DNA of 63,045 bases, filler included, from Reticulomyxa filosa (GCA_000512085.1; 14 parts of 14 records of this genome joined end to end with filler, not necessarily neighbours in it); one strand, 5' to 3'; counted from the first letter of the whole stretch, positions 41,617-55,523 are shown. A program made the numbers and translations. The notes: generated from the letters alone by a model not told the origin.

Positions 41617-43027
41617 ATCTTTCACTAGAGGTTTTTTTGCCGGACCTAAGGCAAAAGTTGATGTGCACTAACGTCAGCACTCGCTTTTTTTAAGATCAAC
41701 TTTGGTTGTGCTGTCCCATTCAGTTTTTATAAACAGGTTATGATCAATGCTTCATTTAAGGATGAAAGCACTTGAACTTGTACAGTACTTGAAAAATACA
41801 ATTTGTCCAAAAGCAATAATACTTATTTTAAGGGGTCTAAATCCTAGAAACTGCCCCCTTTACAAATTAGATATATAAAAAATAAATCTTCAAAGGACAA
41901 TTGTATGGAGGTGACACCGTTTGAAGATAATAACAGTGAGATTGAAGATAATGGAAAACTAAAGACGCAATACACACGTGACAGTTCTGCCGGCCAACGT
42001 ACAATAGTCTGGGATTGGGTGAGAGAAAACTGTTATCGCCCGTTTATCTTTTCATTTCAACAACAAGTTTTGACCAATGTTCTGCAGATTACAATTAGAA
42101 CAGTTTCTAGTTCACCAATTGGGCACCTCATTGGACAACCACCGACCACAAGTACTATTATATAGGGAGACAATTATGTGTTGTGTGCAGGTCTTGTTGT
42201 GTGTGTAATATGACGTGTATATACATACACTTAATGGGATGGGGATAAAAAAAATTCGAAGCATGGCAAAGCGTTTTCCAAACGGAAGCAAATCAAAAAC
42301 AACTGGAAACACAACAACGATACATTCCAAGATGGAAGGCAAAACTGTTTTCATTACAAGGATTATTTGTATTGTCAATTTTCTCAATCATTTGTTTTTT
42401 CGCAATAACTGAAGACGACAAGCCTCTGCCTTCTGTAAAAGTTCGCTCTGAAACTAATAAGATCAATGGCTACAATCACGAAACTGTATCTATGCGTGGA
42501 CTGACAAACGAAGAGAAATGAAACAGCACTCAACATAATATTCTATTCATAAGTGCGGTTGATATAGTGTATCATAATCACTTTTCTAATAAAATGTAGT
42601 TTTGTTGTTCATTTTGGTTTTTCTAAATCATTGTCTCTTCTTTTTCATATGTGTCTCATTTTTCATTGGATAGCAGGTTTTCTGTTGTTTTGTTGGTCTA
42701 TAACAAGACCCTCACTATTGTAAACTACAGAAAATAGTTCAAATCCCATTGCTTTTCAAAAAGAACGCTTTTTTACTTAAACTATTCATTTACATAAATA
42801 TGTTAATATGTGTATATAGCGAGTTTTATGACTAAGTTAAAGCAAGTCATAACCACAATGTTCTAACAAATAAAACTGTATTTTAATCTTATAACAAACA
42901 TATTAAAAAAGTTTAAATATACATCAGCTAGAAATAGTATAATGAATTGCAAGAGGACACAATGAGTCATAACTGATTCATCAACATTTCATTTTTTCTT
43001 AAATTAAAAAATAAAAGTTTCAACATA

Positions 43028-43946
43028 CAGTAGATTGTAGAAAAACTGACATACCTAAGTGGCACCCTTATGAAGAGAATCGATTTTCTCCATGAAAAAT
43101 AAACATTTAACCTTAATTTTTAAAAATATTTACAAATCTTATAGTTTTTAAATGTGAAATTGGTTTTATAACTTTTTCCTAAGTTGATCAAAAACATTGT
43201 TTTTTTAAAGATGTTTCAAAATTTTGCAGGAATGCATTTAAATCGAACATGTATTGCCAAGGAGTAATTTTAAAATCTTTTGTTTCTTTTTTAGGAATCT
43301 TCAAGTCACGTAGATACTTTTTAAAAAGAATTAGCCTTGGTACCTTTCGTAGTTTTTAAAAAAATTCGACAAATAAAATTTAAAAATTTTGTTCATTTAT
43401 TTAAATTTTAGCTTTGCAATTTTATTTGGTGTGAAGGTTTTTTAATTTTGTTTTGAGTTTTTGACAAATTTAAGTGTGATTCTTATAATTTGAGCAATAA
43501 GGCACACTGCAAAGTATTCATTTTTAAATATTTTATTGTTATTTATTTTGCAGATATGCATAACTTCTTTTGAACCAAAACAAGTCAAATTATGATTCCA
43601 CATTTACCAAATTTTGGCTTTTTAATTTTGAAATTAACTTTAAAGGTATTTGTTTCAGTCACTTCCAGGCAAATTTATCTTTGTTACATCAAAAAAAATC
43701 ATTTTATGCAATAATTTAAAATTTAATCTTTAAGTATGAAGTTTGCACTAGTATCTATCTTTTAACACTAGCTTTTTTCTTAGCCGTTGCAATACAGTAA
43801 TTTCAAAGTGCCAAATTTTAAAATAACACCAAAAATTTTTTAAAAATAATCAAATACATAAAAAAAAGAAAGAATTTTATATTTTAGAAAATCGGTTCTC
43901 TTCATAAGAGCAACTTAGGTATTGCAGTTTTTTCTGCAATCTACTG
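43028..43946. mobile_element. Tc1/mariner-type non-autonomous element (MITE), ~60-bp TIRs, TA target-site duplication
   Basis: ta|CAGTAGATTGTAGAAAAACTGACATACCTAAGTGGCACCCTTATGAAGAGAATCGATTTTCT ... AGAAAATCGGTTCTCTTCATAAGAGCAACTTAGGTATTGCAGTTTTTTCTGCAATCTACTG|ta; non-coding interior. Confidence 0.85.
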
Positions 43947-44454
43947 TATTTTTATATTTAATCAAAAAAGATTAATATTGAAATCAGCTATCATACATTT
44001 GAGCAAATTTTTCAAATAAAAAAATGATCTTGTGATAGAATTATAACCGAATCAAGACTTCAGAATTTTGATATCAAAAGAGGTAATAAAATTACACTAG
44101 GAACGAAAAATTAAAACTGTAGAGATCACTTGAGAAAAATACTATACAACGTCGTTTTGTCTATAATATGGAAATCTATATAGACAATTTCGAATAATGA
44201 TAAAGATAATCACATAATCGTAAAATTAAATAATAAAGAAATTAATAACATTGACTTTCATGGTTGAAAATCATAATTACAAAATTAAAAATATTATATC
44301 TTTTTGAACTTAATATTTTTTCATTTCGAAGTTGATCATAGTGAAAAACAATGCAAATTTTTAAGATTTGAATTCTATGTGAGTGATATGGTATTGTTAT
44401 GATATAAGAAAGCAGTTGTATTATCTATCAAAATAGATAGAAAATATACATTAT

Positions 44455-44500
44455 GGTGCAGAAAAACTGAAAATCTAAAATGTCACCTTATGAAGATTGT
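44455..44500 (+). repeat. Degenerate partial copy of the same MITE TIR
   Basis: gcagaaaaactgaaaatctaaaatgtcaccttatgaaga resembles gtagaaaaactgacatacctaagtggcacccttatgaaga. Confidence 0.55.
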
Positions 44501-47500
44501 TCGTTTTTTAAAATTTAAATTTAATGTTTAGTGTCTATTTAGTGTTATTTTTTGTTTTTTAATACTTGAAAGTTTGTAGTTGTGCAAATACACCACAAAT
44601 AAAATAGATCGTTTGTAGTAAAGATATAGTTTTGTAGTATTTATAGTAGGTCGTAGTCTTGATAGATTCTTGATTGTGGTGTTTATTTGATTTTAAATCT
44701 GTGTTATTTGATTGAAGAACGATTTAATCATATTTATGTAATCTATCAATCTGAACAAATGACATAAGACTATAATGTATTATTTGTAACATCTAGTATA
44801 TAAACTAAATAAACAATGATGAATTAGAAAGTATCCATATTAAAATGCAAATGAGAAAACAAGACTATCAGTTATTTAGAATGATTCTATTTTGGCCAAA
44901 TAGAAAGAAAAAGCGCTAATCGATGACAACAATGATGACAAGAAAGCATATGAACAGAATTGTAACGACGACAAGATAATGATAAGTACATACAAAACAT
45001 GATTGTGAATGTGATGTGAACATGAAAATGATAATTATATGATAATAAATCAAAATCAATACACAATATAAATACATACTACACTTAGATAAACATAAAG
45101 CATTTGATTGAGACCACAGAATGAGTTGCAGTGCAAAATTATTGTTATCTTGATGTTTACTTTGCTATGACTTACGACAATAGCTTTCTTGCGTCCAAAA
45201 TCAACTATGAATTTTACGACAAGTGTTATTCCGATCACTTGAAAGCGTTTGTTCGAAAATTGGATCGTTTGGTCTTACAATTCAAGGATTGGATCTTTAA
45301 TTTTTCTTAATCTTTCTTACAAACTTGACAGAAAATGTTTTTTGAGATGAGATTTGGTGTATATGTTACTTTTTCCTCCAAAAAAATGACTTAATGTCCA
45401 CTAGAGATTTCAAAACTTTTTTTCTAATCAAATACAAATCAGACATCACGAATGTAAAGAAGCATAAAATTGCATAAGGCTCGACTTTCATAACTAATCT
45501 ACGAAAACATTAGATTTTGTCCGGAAAGAAGACGAAGATACAGAAAAATGCAAAGATGTTGCATAATGAAATCACCAAAATAGATTTAGCAGCTTTTACA
45601 AACATCGCAAGCAGATCAATCGGATCAAAGGTATAATTCGGTTTACACTTACAATAAAAACACAGCAAGAAAAAGTGCACAAATGGACATAGCAAATCTG
45701 TAAACGATTGGAATATTTGATATAATCACACCAAGAATAGACTAAGTTTGGAAATATTTTAGACATATTGAAGAATTGGCCAGTGCAGGACATGTATTTA
45801 TGACGTTTTGTAGAGCATGCCATGCAATTCTTTGGTACAGTTCAGTAAAAGACTAATTACACAAAAGGCTCGGAGAATCCTCCGGTGTTGTGCAGCTACC
45901 ACAAATTCATTTGTCCATATTGCAAAGTTTTGCCATTGCCACGCACTGTTTGAAATTGCACATAAAGCATTTCGACACAACGTCAACGCAAAACAAACAG
46001 ACTTTGTCCAATGTTTTGTTGCCATTGGGAACAGTATGTCGAAGGCCAATACGCACTTGAGGTGAAAACGATGTGATTGTATCTGGCAGCGTCATTTTGT
46101 TAAAGATGTCATTTCATTCAATTTATAAGCAACACCGAAAAAAGTCTTGAATCAGGAATTTCAATCTATAAAAAAAGAATTTTTTTATATAAGTATAAAA
46201 ACGTTTTCGTTTGCACGAGCAAAAAAAAACTTGAAAGCAAACTTATCGGATCATATCTTCGATTACTTGGCAGTGCAAACCCACCTTTCAAATTGGTAAA
46301 AATGTATTGTAATTTGCTATCAAAATCTTCGCTATTGCTAATACAAAGGAGCTGTTGATTGAAATGATTTAGTTATAATCACTTTTCGCCGTGTTGGGTT
46401 GCATATCACCATAAACAAGACGAGATCTTCGTACTCATTTCTTGGGCACCTTTTTTTTTACATTGTGACTGTTGCTCAACAACAGGCCGGTCCCTCGAAA
46501 TGCAACCATGTCCGTGCCACCACGTGTTTGCAACGGCACAATCTTATTATTCGGCTCTTTTGCATTGGCCTGTCTTCCATTGCATCAACAGGTAAATCAC
46601 TAACAACAGATCTTTGTTACACCAATCTTTGCTTCGCAACGTCCAGTTTGCTTGTTGTCGATTGTCTCGTACTTGCTGGAAAATACAATCATCCTGTTCG
46701 TTGAACCGGACACCAATGCAACCACGAGTGACACTTTAGAGACAATGTTCCGATATTCTTTTTTTCTCAATCTTATTTACTATACATATCTATTTCAACC
46801 ATTCTCGCATTTCATTTGATACCGAATCACAACTGCGCGCACGCGGTTTGTACGCATTACAAAACTCTTATGCATTTTCTTCTTCAATTGTTCGTGTCTT
46901 ATGTAATGTACTTTATTTTCTTAAATGCTTTCAACCACTTGTACTACTTTCGCCGCGTTTGGATATGTATCGAATAAATAACTTACAAAAAGTTCTTTAT
47001 ATTCAAAATCATGAGCTACCAATACATTTACGTTTTTTGTTCTATGTGATGAATTCTCAAAATTTCTGCAACACATCATATCTGGCATTACGCAATGGGG
47101 TTACCCCTATATCAAACAAAATAAGGTGAACGAATACTTCGATTTTGCTATAATAAGTTCAAAAAACGTTAATTGTTGAACAAAAAAAAAAGTAAATTGA
47201 CTGCTTTTACTTTAATTTGTATTTATTCACTGTTTTGATTGTTTTTTTCTTTTTAGTTTATGCAATTAGTACATTCAAAAGAACAAACATCCAATATGTG
47301 AGTGATATTATCGGATGTTGAATTAAGACAAAAAGTGAAAGGTTCATCTTATCTCACATTGGTGTTGGTGAAGATATGCTAACAATGTTTTTTTTATTAT
47401 ATCTATTTTTTTAATTTAAGAAATAATCGAAGTAGAGTTTTTAGGACATGTATGAACTGTGTCAGACAAAGTCAAATGCTTATGGTTTACATAATGACAA

Positions 47501-47690
47501 AAAAGAAAAATATTATCGACTATTAGTCAGTAGAGGAGCACCCCAAATCTGCCGTAAGATAACAAAATTTGGTAGTGATCATACCTTCAAATAAAACTAT
47601 GTTTGAAGATATAATGTCATATATTTTGTGTTTTGTTTCGATAAACACATAGAAGAAAAATTAATTGCATGCCACCAACAAACAAGCAGC

Positions 47691-50600
47691 CTACAAAGAA
47701 GAAGAAGAAAAAAAGAGAAACGATTGAACAAAACAAGGATAAAACATAACAAAATCAAGAAAGTTCACCGATATCTTCGGGCAAAAGAGAATTGGGAAAC
47801 ATTCTATCCAACTCGTCTTGTGCTTTAATTTTGTCCCAGCAAGTGTCACAAACCCTCACAGGTTCGTCAAATCCCATCTCTGGTAATACAGCTTTATTAG
47901 AGGAGCAGCTATTGCAAAAGATTTGTCCACATTTTCTGCAATGATGTCTTCTCTCAATGACAGTAAATAATTTATTGCATTTTGGACAATTTGTGAAATC
48001 TTTGTCTTCAGCCCAGTGTTCAGCGACTAAGAAACAAAATCATCCAAAAAAAAAAATTTTTTCTCATCTTTTTTTTCTCCACATTTTTGGAGTGAGTACA
48101 AAAAAATAAAAATAAAAAGTAAATTAGGACCTTCTTTTCTGATTTCCCATTGCCAAATCTTTCCTGCAGTATCACTTGTCCATAAAAACTGATGTGTCAA
48201 CGTCGACGCATAAATCTGTGTTACTTGGCGATGCTCTTTGTTTGTTTTGGTACACATGCATTTGAGCCGCAACGTGGTATCCCCTTCCAATTGTTTCAGT
48301 GAAGTGGTTTTATATGTATCATTGTATTTACTGTTGTATTGAAATAAATTTAAATCGGGTGTTATTCTTCGTTTTTGATAAGAGGGCAATTTCGGTACAA
48401 AGTAATGACTGGCATCACTGTCAGTAACGCCTATTGTAACATTATCTTCTGAATGCTCTGTCTTGGGAGTAGAGTGGTGAATTTGCTTTTGTTCCAACAC
48501 ATCTTTTGATCCATTGGGAATGTAGAGTGACCAAAATCGAAGGACTCCATCTTTATGACCAGTTATCAATGCACAAGATTGACTCGATTGCCAATCCCTT
48601 AAATTGCATACCGACATGGAAGTCACACTGTGCTGGATCGATTTGCCAATAACAATATACGTTAATAGCTCTCCATTTATTGTCCATGCACTTATAGTCT
48701 GTCCTGCAGCGACAAATATATCACCTTTTTTAATTTATTTATTTATTTTATTTTGTTTCATTTGTATTGCCCCATTCTTATTTTTATTGATTGCTTTCGA
48801 AAATGATGATATGTTTGTGTATACACCTTGTTTTAAATGAATACCTGTGACATTGTGAATGGCAACACAAGTGATTGGTTGGGTGTGTCCTTCCAGTCGA
48901 TGCATCAATTGCAAAGTATTGAGGTCCCAAATCATGACGGTATTGTCATTGCTTCCACTTACCAAAATTCGATAATCTTTATTGTGAGCAAGACATGTGA
49001 TTGCATTGGAATGTCCATACAATCGACTGCACAATACCATATTCCCATGTGGTGCTTTACGTCTTTCTTTGCGCGGGTCTATAGTCGTCAATCTCCACAC
49101 ATTGATTAAGCCGATGGCATCCCCGACAAATACCGTCGATCCATCTTCGGATGTAATGACGCAGCTAATGTGCCCATCTTCCACACTGCTCACATGTTCG
49201 AAGACAGTCGCCAATTCTCCGCGGAACAAAAGATGTAAGCTGCGATCCGGAAACCCCCACGTGAGAGAATACGCAAAATCCGGCGGAACCAGTAACTCCC
49301 TCCCAGTGGCATATACAGGTTTCAAATCGGACTGAACACTCAAATATGTCACGCCCACTTCATTGTCGGAGTGCATTAGTTCAATTGGCTCCAACAAATC
49401 CGGTTGTGTATAAATGTTAATCAAAGGGCCCATTATCTTGCGTGGGGGATGTGGTTTGGTGAACAGTTGTTTTGGTGTCTGTAAATTTCATTTTTTAAAA
49501 AAAAAAAAAGAGTCAAATGCAATATATGCATATATGTACATATGAATCTGTACACATTTTTAAAACCTGGCCAAAGTTATTGATATGAGCAATTGCAGCA
49601 GCTTTTTCTGACGGATCTTGAATAGACTCCAAATCTTTTGCACCCTCATAAGATAGGTAATAGAATACGTTTAATGCGTCGACGGCAGCTTGCCCTCGCT
49701 GTTTGAACCCGAATATCAAGTCAATCCAATGATGCAAGTTTTGGGAAACGTAAGGCGACTCCAACGCTTCACGATGCAATCGAATGAACCGCTCTGGATC
49801 GCCACATGCCCAATTGGGTAGAACGACGTCATCGACCGAAATGTGCGCATTGGTTTCGTGGAAATTAAAGCGATTGATGTTCGCCAAGAAATGTGACGAG
49901 TAAAAAAACTCTGGGATCAATTCTTTTACGTCTTGGAGTCCACCTGTTTCCGAAGCCAACTGCCAGCTGTATGGAATGCTGCTGAATAGTCGATCTGCAT
50001 GGTCAAACTTGCCATCTTGCAATTCTAGTGCATTTCTATAGGACATAGGAAGAACAGAGAGAGGAATGAAAGGATTGAATGATACAAAACAAAACAAGAC
50101 GAAACTTTGTGAATGGCTCCAATCGAATTAAGAAATAAAGAACGATGGCCGCACAGGAATAATGACTACCATAATGAAATGGAGGTACTTCTGTGGTTGG
50201 ATCCTCCCAAGTTTGAAAACGAGATTTAAACTCGGACGCCCTCGGTTCGGTCTGTGCGCCCATGGGTTTGGTGAGATCGCGAAAGACGGAAGGGTTGGCA
50301 AGATTAAGCGACTCGCTTTCGTAGTCTCGAAGAATCCACGGGAAGACGGGGTATTGGGTGATATCATTATACGAACGCCCGGCCAATGTGTTCAAAAACA
50401 TCAGATACGCAAAGTTGGACATTTGTCCATTTTCCCAACGTTTCGTCACTACGCTAATGTTGCTCGATGATCGGCCCAACGTCTCGACAACCAATTGAAA
50501 TGTCGACCGTTGTTGGGCTGCGTGAATGTGGTCCAATGTATCACTCGTTTGCGATTCATGGTCGATTTTGAAGCTTGTCGCATCCGACCTCTCTTTCTCT

Positions 50601-50740
50601 CGTTGTTGTTTTTGTTGCACTTTTTCAAAGACTTTGTCTCTTTCTCTGTCCATTGTTTCAACCCAAACACATACATAATATGTATACATATATATATATA
50701 TATAATATTGTTTGTTGAATAGACTCTGATCTTTGTTTGC
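47691..50740 (-). CDS. BEACH-WD40-FYVE protein (WDFY3/ALFY-like), C-terminal part
   Basis: WENGQMSNFAYLMFLNTLAGRSYNDITQYPVFPW, HYGSHYS, DVKELIPEFF, LHHWIDLIFG, NFGQ; WD40 repeats; FYVE HWAED...RRHHCRKCGQIFC...RVCDTC. Confidence 0.93.
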
Positions 50741-50919
50741 GAAAAGTGTGAATAGGGTTAATTTTTTTTTTTTTTTTTTAAAAAAACNNNNNNNNNNNNN
50801 NNNNNNNNNNNNNNNNNNNNNNNNNNNNNNNTTAATTAATTAANNNNNNNNNNNNNNNNNNNNNNNNNNNNNNNNNNNNNNNNNNNNATTTAAAAAAAAA
50901 AAAAAAAAAAAAAAGGGGA

Positions 50920-52066
50920 TGAAGACAAGCCTGGTGTAGTAATAGCAGACGGAGAGATGTTGTCCGATGACGATCAGACGACTCGATTTGCCAAACCAAA
51001 ATACACGGGCAATAACAAGAGCATAGCGAATGGCAACAGTAATAGCAAAAACGGTGGAGATGGAATGAGCAGGTTGAATGTGCAGAATCATGGACTAATC
51101 GTGGTGACGGGCTGGAATGAGGTGGACAGCGCGGACGAAAATAAGAGCGAATGCAGCGACATCGAGACCAATATCGATACGCAATCGCGAATATTGGATA
51201 GTGAGACGTGGAGAAATGGGATGGGCGTGTTTGCGTCCTTTGCAAACCAGAACAACCAAAGAGTAATGACAGACCGTTCTAATCGAATGGAGCATGAAGA
51301 TAATACAAATGGAGATATAAATGAACAAGACGAAGATGGAAAAAATGACGATAATGATGACGATGACGACGACGATGATGATGACGATGATGACAACAAG
51401 AATGATAATGATAATGACAATGACAATGACAATGACAATGATGATGGTAACAACAAGCATGAAAATGCAAAAGAAATAGAAGCCAGTACAAAGTATCAAA
51501 GTCAAAGTGAAGGCAACAACAAACCGGGGAAACAGCAAAAGCCAAGTTTCAACCCCAATCCACACTCGAACAGTAGCACAGCAAAACACGAGTTTGCCGG
51601 CCAAGACGGAGGGGATGTCCACACATTGAAGCCTACTCGCAAACGATTCTCTTATCGTCCACGCTTGCAGCCAACGTTGGAGATGGTGAAGGGCGTGGCG
51701 AGTAGTGGCAGCAGCGACGACCAGTCCTCTACGCCCAGCGGGTCAGCGTCTTCAAAAGCGCGTTCTTTGCTCGCTCTGCAGCAAGGCGCGCATTCGCAAC
51801 CGCAAACACCCATGGCACAGCTGTATCCCCAATTGCTTCTCACAGGACAAGCATCTGAGCCGCTCCCGGCCACGGCCAAGCGCGTCGACCACGTCAAAGC
51901 CGCCGAAAAGAAGCAAAGTCAACGAAATTTGCTGACAGCGGCGGAAAGCAAAGGAAGGAACAGCGAAGAGCCGGCAACTCGAAATGCCGGCCTATACGTG
52001 ATGGACAGAGCTATCCGAAAAGAATATTCTCTATCTCACAAATTGCACAACAACAACAACAACAAT
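50920..52066 (+). CDS. Partial low-complexity (Asp/Asn-rich) hypothetical protein exon
   Basis: About 370 open codons spanning the fragment; no domain recognised. Confidence 0.55.
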
Positions 52067-52167
52067 GNNNNNNNNNNNNNNNNNNNNNNNNNNNNNNNNN
52101 NNNNNNNNNNNTTAATTAATTAANNNNNNNNNNNNNNNNNNNNNNNNNNNNNNNNNNNNNNNNNNNN

Positions 52168-52208
<41 letters not shown>

Positions 52209-52209
<1 letters not shown>

Positions 52210-52771
52210 TAGGAAACTTCCCAAGCAGGGACAACGAAAGCAATTTTCGGAGAAACCAAGTAAGGTCTACGTCGGAGCAAAGACAAGACGAGCGCATGCA
52301 TGTTGGAACTGGGCACAAAATCTTCATCCAAGAGGAACACATAATCGGATTTGGCATAGCGTAAAGCCAGATTGCGCAATGCATTAACGGGATACATGAC
52401 ACGTACAGGTCCGGCATTGTCTTCCACGCAAGTGTCACTATCGTGTTCAATTTCGAATAGCAAGTGGATATCTAAAGCCGCATAGTCTCCTTGGTTACCA
52501 TACTCGATCCCATTCCAAAACTTTACAATCTCCGCAAATATTTCCGTCCCTTTCTTTTTCAAATGCTTGGCCACTTTGTGTGACGGCAGCCAAATTTCGT
52601 TTTGCTGCTCCCAATTCTCGTCCATGGTTGCCGTGTAATTCTGCAAAAACGTTTTCAACTCTTCCTTCTTGATATAGATCGCCAACGATATCGCACCCTG
52701 CCATTGCTCACACATTGTCTTTATCAATGGCAACCGGTCTAACGAACATTGTGTCAATATTGTTATCCCAT
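52209..52771 (-). CDS. GT49 glycosyltransferase domain (LARGE/B4GAT1-like), partial
   Basis: ITILTQCSLDRL...WQGAISLAIY, YPVNALRNLA, VFLLDEDFVPS (DxD), AFVVPAWE. Confidence 0.9.
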
Positions 52772-52826
52772 CTTTTTGAATATACTTTTTTTTTTTCACA
52801 CAATATATACATATATATACGTATAC

Positions 52827-53710
52827 TTTTTTCCTTTCCATCTTTGGGACAAATTCTTGCACTTTTTTTTTTGAAAGTAGTATACGTAGTTTTTTTTTTT
52901 TGTTGGATCAAAACTTGATTTTTTTTGGACTTTTAAAAAAAAACATTTTTATTTATTCAAAACTTTGTCGTAAAGGGTGGACAATTGGTAACCGTCATCA
53001 CGCGTATTGAACAGCATTTGGAAATCACCGATATGACATTTGGGTGGCAACCACACCCAAAGTTGCAAAAAGTCGGACTTGCTTTTCAGAATGGCCAACT
53101 GCTTTGGCCAGTCTGAATTCCACGACGGCCATCTCCTTGCCACTTCCAGGTTTTCTGTCTTCGACACGTCCACCAGCGTCTCCTTGTGCATCATGTCCAG
53201 TCGATCGAATTTGTCGCGACTCAAATACGGCTCAAACGCAAGCCTCGCTAGTGTCGTCGGGTCCAACTTTTGCGATTCTATCATCAATTCCTCGCGAAAT
53301 TCGTTGAAATTGCTTTTCATTATTATTATTATTATTATTATTGTTATTATTATTTTCGATATGTAGTTTATTTTTATGTGCACAAATATATTTACATATT
53401 TTATGTAATAAGACATCATGTTGTGTATGCTTGGTGTACAAAGTTGTAAGTTTGGGTACGTATACATAAACAACACGCACATTTATACATGTATATATAA
53501 ATTACCTTGTCTTCAACAGGGCCTCGGCGGCGTTGTTTAACAAAGCCAAGCCAACTCGAAACAGCACCTTGTATCCCTCGACGCAGAAAGTATCAATGAG
53601 ACGAAGCAATGACTCTTTATTCAAATAATTTGCGTACATTGTTGCAAACCCATCGGCTAATATTTTTTCAATGGGAATGCTGTTTTCACTGATATGCTGT
53701 GCTATTCTTT
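52827..53710 (-). CDS. TBC + TLDc protein (TBC1D24-like), partial; TLDc domain breaks off after its first motif
   Basis: LRLIDTFCVEGYKVLFRVGLALL (TBC C-terminus); LWVWLP...MLFNTRDDGYQLSTLYDK|CKNLS (TLDc start). Confidence 0.8.
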
Positions 53711-53931
53711 ATATATATATATATATACATATATATATAAATGATCGAGAGCTGGTATACATACTTCAACTTTTTTTTTTTTTTTAAAAAAAAAATTTGA
53801 AATTTAAAAATCTTTAAAATAAAAAAAAATANNNNNNNNNNNNNNNNNNNNNNNNNNNNNNNNNNNNNNNNNNNNTTAATTAATTAANNNNNNNNNNNNN
53901 NNNNNNNNNNNNNNNNNNNNNNNNNNNNNNN

Positions 53932-54853
53932 GAAGCAATTCGACAAGCATTGGAAAAAGTTCAATTCCAGTACAAAGATGAAATAGTAGTAATTCTTTCT
54001 GATTGTGTGAATGCGATTCGCAACAAGTGCAATTCAGAAACTTATAATTAATTGCAGAATACCAAAGATTGATAAAAGGACTTGGAGACAATGGCATTCC
54101 TGGAAATGAACGAGAAGATGCAGTGGCAAAGAGAGCAAGATCCCAAGCAGAATTTGAACAACCCAATTATTTAGGAAGCCAGATAAATCGGCTCCTTTTT
54201 TGAATTTCCATGGATTGAACCCATTCTTCACAGAAGAATGGAATCGACATTGGAAAAATGAGGGAAATGAAATGGAACCACACAAGTGTCTCAAACGATA
54301 TTTACGCAATCTGACTGAAGCGCAGTCATTTGAAAAGATTGTTTTGCACCGATTGGAGGTGCACGAGCGCGGATATGTTTGCAGAGTAATTACAGGTAAA
54401 GTAGGATTAAATGGATTCCTGTTCAAGATCAAACGAGCTGATGATGGAATGTCCACATTATCAAGGACTTAGAGAAACATGGCAAGCAGCAATTAAGAAT
54501 TTGTTGCCGCATTTTCAATTCAACACATCGAACCTGAGAAGAGATAAGACATGGGAACCCGAAACAACAAAAATTGTCAAAGAACTTGTGAAGTTCATCG
54601 TGGCAACTGGAAGAATTATCCAAGATATTTTTTTATCAAATTTTTTTTAAGATTTTGGTACAAATGTTTCTTTTTAAATTATTGCTTGTATTTTTCTTTT
54701 GTTTTATTTAGTTTTGGACCGGGTGCTTTTTCAACTTGCTTTTGTTTGCACTTTGGGGATGTAAAAAGGTCTAAAAACAGCGATGAGTGGAGGATGAAGC
54801 AAGGAGTAGTCTGACACCTTCACGCTCTCTCAGTGCAAAAGCTTCAAAAAAAA
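53932..54853 (+). mobile_element. Decayed 3' end of an RNase H-bearing non-LTR retrotransposon with 3' UTR and short A tail
   Basis: GIPGNEREDAVAKRA (RNase H end), EWNRHW, RVITGKVGLNGFLFKIKRADDG.CPH; stops and frameshifts; A8 at 54846-54853. Confidence 0.75.
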
Positions 54854-54889
54854 TGTATCGATCCTAGCTTAGCCTAAAGGGAAATTGGC

Positions 54890-55285
54890 GATCTCGAGGC
54901 AAATAACAGTCTTTTGTTTTTGCTGATAACAAGGCTTGTGAAGGCGATCCGGACGAATTCCAGGCTATCAAATTCCCAAGATTATGAAATGACAAAGCAG
55001 CAAAAAAGATTGATGTTGATAATAATAACATCAAAAGAAACACGAGTGAAGAAGGCAAAGCATTATCACTCAATTTTGCAAGTTGTTAGTGTATTATCGA
55101 TTCATTACATCCAATGGATTGCATATTGTCAATAAATTGCCATTTGATTGCACATTCATGAAGGACAATGCGACATCAAGCATTGATATCATATTATGTT
55201 CATCATCTATTCTTCCATTTGTTAGCGGATGATGTTGAATTGGATGTGCACTCAAATCATCTCCCAATTATAAAAGAATTTCCAA
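54890..55285 (+). pseudogene. Decayed LINE apurinic-type endonuclease fragment
   Basis: SSIDIILCSSS and VHSNHLPII resemble the S-x-ID and SDH-x-PI motifs; broken frames. Confidence 0.55.
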
Positions 55286-55484
55286 GCAGTTGCAACGGAA
55301 ATTGTTTTTTTTTTTTTAGTTGAGGAAGTTGTAATATTGAAATTCCAAAACGAAAAGAAAAAGGGAAAAAGCATTTTAACCAAGNNNNNNNNNNNNNNNN
55401 NNNNNNNNNNNNNNNNNNNNNNNNNNNNTTAATTAATTAANNNNNNNNNNNNNNNNNNNNNNNNNNNNNNNNNNNNNNNNNNNN

Positions 55485-55485
<1 letters not shown>

Positions 55486-55523
<38 letters not shown>

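Noticed and set aside
41905-42412. Coding-like fragments upstream of the flippase
   Set aside because: Broken frames with no recognisable family
45056-47130. Cys-containing short ORFs resembling zinc-finger, F-box or WD40 pseudogenes
   Set aside because: No motif could be assigned convincingly; probably decayed coding DNA
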